From IMG/VR virus record IMGVR_UViG_3300045988_002819: 6,164 nucleotides of DNA; one strand, 5' to 3'. Every line of letters begins with the position of its first letter. Within the stretch, counting starts at the first letter, position 1. The stretch is from a virus. A program made the position numbers and the translations under genes. A model generated the notes under the pieces. The model searched no databases, had not been told where the DNA came from, and saw nothing but the letters and a program-made list of their open reading frames with translations. This document shows positions 1 to 5,039 of this stretch, in pieces.

Positions 1-141
1 TCAATTCTTTCGTACTCTTTCAATTTTTCGCAGATTGCGTTTGCCCATTTATTATTTAAGTTGTACTCTGCCTTCAGTTCGTCTTTGTCATTGCTTCTCC
101 ATCCTTCTTTGTAAAGTGCTGTTGCACAGCTTTCAACTTCA
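1..141. repeat. Terminal redundancy, copy 1 (identical to 6024-6164). It marks a circular 6,023-nt replicon written linearly.
   Basis: Base-by-base comparison of 1-141 with 6024-6164 shows no mismatch. An ORF reads continuously across the implied junction (6023 joined to 1). Confidence 0.97.
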
Positions 142-182
142 TCTGCATAGAAAGTCTTGTCCATGATATAGCTTTTAATCAT
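1..182 (-). CDS. Hypothetical 64-aa protein, 5' portion. The ORF runs off the window start and finishes at 6023-6011 on the circle: MIKSYIMDKTFYADEVESCATALYKEGWRSNDKDELKAEYNLNNKWANAICEKLKEYERIDKND.
   Basis: ATG at 182-180 is preceded by GAGG with a 9-nt spacer. The frame is open to base 1 and continues in frame through the circular junction to TAA at 6013-6011. The ATG overlaps the stop of the upstream ORF (ATGATTAA). It is missing from the supplied ORF track only because the window edge cuts it. Confidence 0.6.
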   Translation of the reverse strand, partial: MIKSYIMDKTFYADEVESCATALYKEGWRSNDKDELKAEYNLNNKWANAICEKLKEYERI

Positions 183-186
183 TTTT
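158..186. repeat. 29-nt exact direct repeat, copy B (tgtccatgatatagcttttaatcattttt). Its partner is at 5994-6022.
   Basis: Exact match read directly. On the minus strand it is AAAAATGATTAAAAGCTATATCATGGACA, i.e. the upstream gene's end (K N D stop) plus the downstream gene's start (MIKSYIMD). Confidence 0.95.
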
Positions 187-408
187 TTCAACCTCGAATT
201 CATATAGGCCATTCCATCCTAGGATCCAGCATTCAAATTCTTCAATTGCATCATTCCACCGGTATAGTGTTTCTTCATACCTTTTCAGTTTTTCGTTCCA
301 TGTTTTATCTATGCTGTATTCGTAGATTCCTTTTCTTACTGTTTCGCCGTTCATCAGTCTATTAATGGTTTCTCTGCTCAGTCTAGGTTTCCTTGTGTAC
401 TCTTTCAT
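175..408 (-). CDS. Hypothetical 77-aa protein, or 80 aa if the GTG at 417 is used. Residues LSRETINRLMNGETVRKG resemble a short HTH recognition-helix/turn segment.
   Basis: The open frame 175-417 is in the ORF track. ATG at 408 lies 11 nt after AAAGGA, while GTG at 417 is only 2 nt from it. It is the first ORF downstream of the strong promoter at 441-469, and its stop TAA (177-175) overlaps the next ATG. Confidence 0.6.
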   Translation of the reverse strand: MKEYTRKPRLSRETINRLMNGETVRKGIYEYSIDKTWNEKLKRYEETLYRWNDAIEEFECWILGWNGLYEFEVEKND

Positions 409-440
409 TTTGAGCACCGTCCTTTCTTTTCCTTGACTCT

Positions 441-469
441 ATTATATCACTTGTCAATAGGTTTTTCAA
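441..469 (-). promoter_or_regulatory. Sigma70-type promoter on the minus strand: -35 TTGAAA (469-464), 17-nt spacer, -10 TATAAT (446-441).
   Basis: The minus strand reads caTTGAAAaacctattgacaagtgaTATAATagagtcaaggaaaagaaaggacg. That is a 6/6 -10, a 5/6 -35 and optimal 17-nt spacing, followed by an SD and an ORF start about 25-35 nt downstream. Confidence 0.7.
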
Positions 470-674
470 TGATTTTGCTGTTTTGTAATATATTTGTAAC
501 CTTCTCTTGCAATCCGGTTTTGCTCCTTTGTTTTGAAAGCGCTTTAGCGCCTTGCCGTGTGTAGCGTAAGCGGAACTCGGCTAATCCATTCATTTTGAGC
601 GCTGTGCGCGTTTTCAACACTTTCAACACTTTCAACAGGTTTTCCACAAAATGTTGCACAAAGGTTTTCGTCAT
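447..674 (-). CDS. Doubtful 75-aa basic ORF. It may be part of the non-coding control region.
   Basis: The frame is open with ATG at 674, but there is no convincing SD. The first ~20 codons are encoded by the TTCAACA iteron array (LLKVLKVLK), and the 3' end contains the promoter. It lies outside the promoter-to-terminator unit that covers every other gene. Confidence 0.3.
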   Translation of the reverse strand: MTKTFVQHFVENLLKVLKVLKTRTALKMNGLAEFRLRYTRQGAKALSKQRSKTGLQEKVTNILQNSKIIEKPIDK

Positions 675-785
675 TTTGACGAACTTTCAACATTTCAACA
701 AGTTTTCAACAAAACTTTCAACAGCGTTTTTTGCTTTTTATTTACGCTTTAGCGTTAAATTTTAGTACTTTTCAACTTTTCCACA
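613..785. repeat. Iteron array. TTCAACA starts at 613, 622, 631, 686, 694, 705 and 717; TTCAACT at 771; the variant TTCCACA at 642 and 779. On the minus strand the motif is TGTTGAA(A).
   Basis: Counted directly. The first three copies are an exact 9-nt tandem (ttcaacact). A given 7-mer is expected about 0.4 times per strand in 6 kb, and here 8-10 copies fall within 173 nt. Confidence 0.85.
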
Positions 786-790
786 TTGCC

Positions 791-805
791 TACTACTACT
801 ACTAC
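791..805. repeat. (TAC)5 trinucleotide microsatellite.
   Basis: tactactactactac read directly, in non-coding sequence between the iterons and the AT-rich core. Confidence 0.9.
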
Positions 806-819
806 AACAAGTTAATATA

Positions 820-872
820 ATATACGCGCGTGTGCGCGTGCGCGTTTACGCGCGTGTGCGCACGTGCGTACA
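820..872. repeat. Two 26-nt perfectly alternating purine-pyrimidine tracts (820-845 and 847-872), rich in CG/TG and sharing the 14-mer acgcgcgtgtgcgc. This is Z-DNA-prone and multiply self-complementary.
   Basis: The R/Y alternation was checked base by base and only T846 interrupts it. Embedded palindromes are acgcgcgt (824-831) and cgcacgtgcg (859-868). The composition contrasts sharply with the rest of the genome. Confidence 0.85.
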
Positions 873-878
873 GCGGCA

Positions 879-894
879 GCCCCAAGACTGGGGC
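879..894. other. Hairpin: 6-bp GC-rich stem (gcccca/tggggc) with 4-nt loop agac.
   Basis: Inverted repeat read directly, in the non-coding region. Confidence 0.7.
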
Positions 895-901
895 GCGACG
901 C

Positions 902-928
902 AAGGGGTTGACTTTAAGTCAACCCCTT
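902..928. other. Perfect 12-bp-stem hairpin (aaggggttgact / agtcaacccctt) with 3-nt loop tta.
   Basis: Perfect inverted repeat read directly. A short T-run (TTT) follows only on the plus strand. On the gene-sense minus strand it is followed by gcgtcg, so it is not an obvious terminator for the phage genes. Confidence 0.8.
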
Positions 929-972
929 TGAATCACTGAATAGTTTGATAACATGGAGCTTTTAAATTACAA

Positions 973-1006
973 TAGCCCAGTACCTTACTTGATAGGTACT
1001 GGGCTA
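973..1006 (-). terminator. 13-bp-stem hairpin (tagcccagtacct / aggtactgggcta, 8-nt loop), 10 nt downstream of the VP4 stop. Candidate intrinsic terminator of the genome-length operon.
   Basis: Perfect inverted repeat. On the minus strand it is followed by TTGTAATTTAAAAG, a U-rich but interrupted tail. Confidence 0.5.
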
Positions 1007-1016
1007 AGTGACACTG

Positions 1017-2036
1017 TTAAAGTGTCCCCTTCTTCTTCATCTGCTTCTTTATCACTCTCTCTTTCGTTTTACACTGTTCTGCAAAGTCTGCATTTTCGTA
1101 CTTTAGCCGGTTTTCTGCAATTGTTTTTGCTTGTCTGTTCTGTTTAATTCTCCACAATCTTTGTGGGTTTTCAGCTTCCATCATTTTTTCATAATAGCGT
1201 GGAATTTGTGCGTGTTTGCCGTTTGTGCATTGGATGTACCCTTGTCTCCAGATTTCTGCTTTGTGTTCTTGGTAATAGTGGTCTCCTAGACCTGGTTTAA
1301 GGCTCATACATGCAAAAGGTTTTTGTTGTCCTAGTTTGTAATATGCATTTGCTTTCTTGCCGTCTATTTCGTACATTTTTTTTGTGACGTATCCTGCAAC
1401 GTATCTATATGTTTCCGGTACTGCTTGTGCTATTTGGATTTGACCCATGCCCCATAGTTTTGCTAGCCATTCACTTGTGTAGTATCCGTTGTGTTGTATC
1501 TTGTATAGATGCTCTAGGTCTGTTGGCCTCCATCCATATAGTATCATATGGTAATGCGGCCTTGCCGTCTGTTCTCCGTATTCTCCCGCTACAAAATAGC
1601 GTAATTTGCCCCTATAAGCCTTTCTGAGGCGTTTTAAGAACTTTTGAACGTCAGTATATAGCAACGTTTGGACGCTTTCAGGGCGCTTCTCTCCCGGCTT
1701 CCAGACGTATTGTACTTTTCGCATGATTTCGCCTGTGTTTATTATCATGCCCGGTACGTGGTCGTCATCATAGGTTAGTGTGATAAACCAAACTTCTTCT
1801 CTTGGATAATCTCGCGCTTCTAGTTCTATTCGTGTTGTCCAGTCTTCGCGTTGTCGGATTCTGCATCCGATGCATTGCCCACATGGTATTAGCATGATAT
1901 CTTTTCTATACATCAAATCTTCATACTTGAGCTGTTTCCCGCTTATTTCAGAAAAGCGGGCAAGTGAATACACCCGCCCGCTTATGTCTTTGTTTTCCGG
2001 GTTGTACAGCCTTATTAATGGCTTGTAACAACTCAT
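1017..2036 (-). CDS. VP4: Replication initiation protein VP4 (HUH rolling-circle endonuclease, phiX174 gene A analogue), 339 aa.
   Basis: Motifs are FITLTYDD, the HUH motif PHYHMILYG, the catalytic tyrosine pair YVAGYVTKK, and an N-terminal Cys cluster (C3 ... CGQCIGC). ATG at 2036 overlaps the VP2 stop (ATGA), with AGGTGA 9 nt upstream. Confidence 0.93.
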   Translation of the reverse strand: MSCYKPLIRLYNPENKDISGRVYSLARFSEISGKQLKYEDLMYRKDIMLIPCGQCIGCRIRQREDWTTRIELEARDYPREEVWFITLTYDDDHVPGMIINTGEIMRKVQYVWKPGEKRPESVQTLLYTDVQKFLKRLRKAYRGKLRYFVAGEYGEQTARPHYHMILYGWRPTDLEHLYKIQHNGYYTSEWLAKLWGMGQIQIAQAVPETYRYVAGYVTKKMYEIDGKKANAYYKLGQQKPFACMSLKPGLGDHYYQEHKAEIWRQGYIQCTNGKHAQIPRYYEKMMEAENPQRLWRIKQNRQAKTIAENRLKYENADFAEQCKTKERVIKKQMKKKGTL

Positions 2037-2902
2037 TTAAGATAATCACCTGGCTTTCGTTTTTCTCCGTATGACCCTGTTTTGTCTTGCTGTTTTATAC
2101 TTCTGCTTTGTTCTGTGCCTTTTACTTTTTCTACTTTATCTGTTGCCTTTGTGATGGCTTTGCTTGTGTTGTCCTTGACTTTTGTAAGTGCTTTTTGCAG
2201 TCCGTACGGCGACATATGTGTTTCGCTAAGCATTTGTTGCCAGCTTTGCGCCGCATTATACCAATCGCTTTGACTCCAGCTTGAACTTGAGTATGCGTTT
2301 GGTACAAATCCTCCGCTTCTGCTTACTCCTAGTGCACTGCTACTTGCAAGTCCCATACTCGCCCCGCTGATTGTTCCTGCACTGCCGCCCGGTGTGCTTG
2401 CTCCGCCGTTTGCAAAGGCTAAGATTGGGTTAAGCCCTGCTTTTCTCATGTCTTCTACAGCTCGCTGATATGCTGTGTTTGACATGTGTTCTTGCCATTC
2501 ACGGTTTGCGAGTGCTTCCGCGCTGTTGTAGTTCATGGCTACGCTGTTTTCAATGTGGTTGTATACGCCTTGCATGATTGCTGACAAGGTATTGTATCCC
2601 ATTTGTTTTAACATGCTTTGGCTGTTATATTTACCTTGCATGGCTGCTTCTTGTCCTTGGTATGCATATGCCTTTTTAAGCCATTCATCAACTTGCTGTA
2701 TGTTTGTTCCTGCTTGGCTTCCGCTTTCGGAGTGTCCACCGCCCTGGCTTACGCTTCCGCCTTGGCTTTGGCTTCCGCCTTCTTGACCCCATCCACCGAA
2801 TGCTCCAGCGATTTGTTTTCCAGCGTTTGCAAATGTTCCAACTGTGTTTGCAACGTTTCCAGCTACGTTGAGCGCTGTTAAGAATCCTGATAATGCTCCC
2901 AT
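2033..2902 (-). CDS. VP2: Minor capsid / DNA pilot protein VP2, 289 aa.
   Basis: It sits immediately after VP1 as in gokushoviruses. It has a Gly/Ala-rich hydrophobic N-terminus, a Gly/Ser/Gln low-complexity stretch and the conserved-looking segment YQRAVEDMRKAGLNPILAF. Confidence 0.85.
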   Translation of the reverse strand: MGALSGFLTALNVAGNVANTVGTFANAGKQIAGAFGGWGQEGGSQSQGGSVSQGGGHSESGSQAGTNIQQVDEWLKKAYAYQGQEAAMQGKYNSQSMLKQMGYNTLSAIMQGVYNHIENSVAMNYNSAEALANREWQEHMSNTAYQRAVEDMRKAGLNPILAFANGGASTPGGSAGTISGASMGLASSSALGVSRSGGFVPNAYSSSSWSQSDWYNAAQSWQQMLSETHMSPYGLQKALTKVKDNTSKAITKATDKVEKVKGTEQSRSIKQQDKTGSYGEKRKPGDYLK

Positions 2903-2930
2903 TTAAAAATAGCCCGGATTTCTCCGGGCT
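2903..2930 (-). terminator. Hairpin AGCCCGG-AGAAAU-CCGGGCU followed by AUUUUUAA, between VP1 and VP2. Terminator-like attenuator and/or a structural bridge between the VP2 SD and its ATG.
   Basis: The minus strand reads TAAGAAAGGAGGAAGCCCGGAGAAATCCGGGCTATTTTTAAATG. The 7-bp stem has 5 GC pairs, followed by a U5 run that ends at the VP2 start codon. Confidence 0.6.
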
Positions 2931-2940
2931 TCCTCCTTTC

Positions 2941-4641
2941 TTACAGTTTGTACAAGCCCGGTACGCTGTACAACGGCATACGTCTTGTGGTTTTGTTTGC
3001 TACTCGGATTGCGCCGAAAAATTGTGGTTCATCCTGTACGATTAGAGTGCGTGCAATTTCTTCCTTTCCTTCTGCCATCCATTCCTGTGATAGCGTCGGT
3101 ACTTCTGAATAGTTGTCGGCATAGTGCCAGAAGTCTAGTGTTCCGGTTGCGTTGCTTCTCATGAGGCCTGATACGCGGTTAGGCTTCATGCGGTAGTCTG
3201 CCCATGCTTCTTGATATCCAAACGTCTCTTCATCGCTTGCTCCGCCGGTGAGCATGATTTCTTTATTTTTTACAGGCTGTTCGCCTATATTTGCAAACTG
3301 AGGTACATAGTAGTCTAGCCTGTCCATTCTGCTCCAGAAGCGTTCCAAGCCTTGCTGGTAACTGTGATTGTGTCGCACGCAACATACGCCGATTACGAAG
3401 CCGTGCTCTTCAAACGATTTGGTAAAACTGCTTTCGTTTACCGGCGTTACTGACATTGCGCCAGTTTCGCCGATTGGTGTATCTGTGTTGGTCTGCTGTC
3501 CGCTTGTCTGAACGATTTGATTCATATTGACGTGGTATCTGCCACCGCCTAGGTATTCCGGAATCTGTGCAGTTTTATCGCTGATTACGACATTCCATAG
3601 TGCTTGCACCTGTTCGCGGTAACGGCTGCCGCCTCGTGCTAGTGCTTCGTAGTACTGCTGTACTGCTATGGTTTTTCTCAGGTCGTTGATGGTTGCTGCG
3701 GTTATGCTTCCAAGGTCTGCATACATCCAGCCGCCCGCACCTGTTTCACCGGATGTATTTTCGGTTCCGGTAAATTCCATCTTCTTTTTTTCTCCTGGTT
3801 GTCCTCTTTCTTGTGTATAGATTAGACTTCCGGGCTTGTTCGATGCACTTGTTGACCCCAGTACCATTTCTACCGGTGACGGATAATCTTCGTATTGGTA
3901 ATGGGTATCGCCTAATCTTATAGGTGCGTTACCCTCCATTGGCAGCGTCACTTCCGGCCCACGCTGAGGATACGGTAAGCAGCTGGTAAAGTAGTCATGG
4001 AACTTGTTTACCGGTAAGCAGAATCCTCCTTTGTACGCGTTTAAAAGTCTGATTTCTTCTGTTGCGTCTTCATCTTTTCCGCTTTCTGTTCCTGTTGAAT
4101 ATGTGATGAATTCGCTTTTGCTTGTGTATGTTGCCTGGTTATCTACGTTTTCGTCTCGAAAAAATTCGTTCCAGATTTTCACGTATGCTCTTACCGGCAG
4201 TGCGTTGATATTGAAACTTTTATTGATTTTTGTCGGCACTCCCATGTAATCTAGGATTGTTTTTTCATGCGGTTTATAGTCTCCTTCTGTGCCGCCTATT
4301 AAGATTTGTGGGACTTTATAGGTTTTTGTTGGCATCCACGGTGTGCTTTCGACTTCTCCCATGAAGTATTTGAAGTCGTCCCACAGAATTCTGTTGGGAC
4401 AGTAGAAATAGTAGAAGTCAATAAATGCATCGTCCATTACTGGATATTTCGGCGTTGTCATTCGGATGATTGCTGATGTATTTACGTTGAATGTGTCGCC
4501 CGGTAATACTTCGTCCACGTAAAACGGAATCAGTTTGCCGGAATCAAACGTTGTTAAAATTGTCTGGTCACGGTTGAACCGCGTTCGACTTGCCTTCATT
4601 TTTGGAATTTGGTTGAAGTGCCGTTCATTGTTTCGGTTCAA
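2941..4641 (-). CDS. VP1: Major capsid protein VP1 (F-type jelly-roll capsid protein of Microviridae), 566 aa, TTG start.
   Basis: The N-terminal signature RHFNQIP...SRTRFNRD...TTFDSGKLIPFYVDEVLPGDTF matches remembered gokushovirus VP1 N-termini. Its size and a long Gly/Ser/Thr-rich insertion are typical of the gokushovirus threefold protrusion loop. AAGGAGG lies 7 nt upstream of TTG at 4641. Confidence 0.95.
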   Translation of the reverse strand: MNRNNERHFNQIPKMKASRTRFNRDQTILTTFDSGKLIPFYVDEVLPGDTFNVNTSAIIRMTTPKYPVMDDAFIDFYYFYCPNRILWDDFKYFMGEVESTPWMPTKTYKVPQILIGGTEGDYKPHEKTILDYMGVPTKINKSFNINALPVRAYVKIWNEFFRDENVDNQATYTSKSEFITYSTGTESGKDEDATEEIRLLNAYKGGFCLPVNKFHDYFTSCLPYPQRGPEVTLPMEGNAPIRLGDTHYQYEDYPSPVEMVLGSTSASNKPGSLIYTQERGQPGEKKKMEFTGTENTSGETGAGGWMYADLGSITAATINDLRKTIAVQQYYEALARGGSRYREQVQALWNVVISDKTAQIPEYLGGGRYHVNMNQIVQTSGQQTNTDTPIGETGAMSVTPVNESSFTKSFEEHGFVIGVCCVRHNHSYQQGLERFWSRMDRLDYYVPQFANIGEQPVKNKEIMLTGGASDEETFGYQEAWADYRMKPNRVSGLMRSNATGTLDFWHYADNYSEVPTLSQEWMAEGKEEIARTLIVQDEPQFFGAIRVANKTTRRMPLYSVPGLYKL

Positions 4642-5039
4642 TCTTCTCCCTCCTTTGCTTTAGCTTCTTTTTCAGGTTCTTTTTCCGTTGTCATTTTTTT
4701 CAGTTCTTCAAGCTTCATGGCGTTTGCCTGTGCGGTCGCTATCATTCGGTGATATTCATGAATGTTCTGCGGAAATTCGGTGATGTCTACTTCTGCCCCC
4801 GTCATTGCTCCTTCGGATAAGCTTTTAAGAAACTCCGGGTCAAAACTTGCTTTTCGAATAATGTTTTTGATGTCGCATTCGTCTGCATAGCTTTCGATTT
4901 CCTGTTTAATGTCGATTGGTTCAGTTTCTTGAAGTACTTCTTCGCCTTTCTCGTCTTTTGTCCAGACGTATTGCTTTCGGAATTTTTCTCCTGATTCGGA
5001 AAAGAAGGGCTCTCGCCCTTCTTCGTACCGTTTATTCAT
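4638..5039 (-). CDS. VP3: Internal scaffolding protein VP3, 133 aa from ATG 5039. The maximal ORF extends to 5093 (151 aa).
   Basis: The motif ADECDIKNIIRK matches the conserved ECDI(N)NI motif of gokushovirus VP3. It has an acidic C-terminus and sits directly upstream of VP1. GGGAGGG lies 8 nt upstream of ATG 5039, whereas ATG 5093 has GAGG with no spacer. Confidence 0.85.
   Translation of the reverse strand: MNKRYEEGREPFFSESGEKFRKQYVWTKDEKGEEVLQETEPIDIKQEIESYADECDIKNIIRKASFDPEFLKSLSEGAMTGAEVDITEFPQNIHEYHRMIATAQANAMKLEELKKMTTEKEPEKEAKAKEGED

Noticed and set aside
540-754. Shared 10-mer cgctttagcg at 540-549 and 745-754, each part of a small GCGCT/AGCGC-type inverted repeat.
   Set aside because: Roughly 10-20 chance 10-mer pairs are expected in a 6-kb sequence, and the 2-nt loop makes a hairpin implausible. 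It is noted only because both copies lie in the control region.
613-785. CRISPR array as an explanation for the short repeats.
   Set aside because: The repeat unit is only 7-9 nt with spacers of 1-5 nt. That is far below CRISPR repeat and spacer sizes, so these are iterons or tandem repeats.
902-928. The 12-bp perfect hairpin as a rho-independent terminator of the phage operon.
   Set aside because: On the coding (minus) strand it is followed by GCGTCG rather than a U-run. The short T-run is on the plus strand, where no genes exist. I kept it as a structural element or origin candidate instead.
873-930. Possible tRNA or tRNA-like element in the GC-rich hairpin region.
   Set aside because: The stems are 6 and 12 bp with 4- and 3-nt loops. 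There is no cloverleaf geometry, no T-loop (GTTCRANYC) or D-loop consensus, and no 7-nt anticodon loop.
953-1147. Plus-strand 64-aa ORF spanning the VP4 3' end and the hairpin region.
   Set aside because: It is antisense to VP4 and has a low-complexity Ser/Leu/Phe-rich translation with no SD. Every recognisable gene is on the minus strand, as expected for Microviridae.
1409-1627. Plus-strand 72-aa ORF inside VP4.
   Set aside because: It is an antisense shadow ORF of a confidently identified gene, with a Cys/Leu/Val-rich nonsense-like composition.
2735-2795. Short direct DNA repeats (gcttccgcctt twice) in VP2.
   Set aside because: They are explained by the Gly/Ser/Gln low-complexity segment of the protein (SQGG-type repeats), a common feature of microvirus pilot proteins.
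2082-2881. Four plus-strand ORFs (2082-2273, 2087-2284, 2535-2786, 2618-2881) opposite VP2.
   Set aside because: They are antisense shadows of VP2, mutually overlapping and Cys/Leu/Phe-rich, and none has a start context.
4004-4249. Plus-strand 81-aa ORF opposite VP1.
   Set aside because: It is an antisense shadow of the major capsid gene with no supporting signals.
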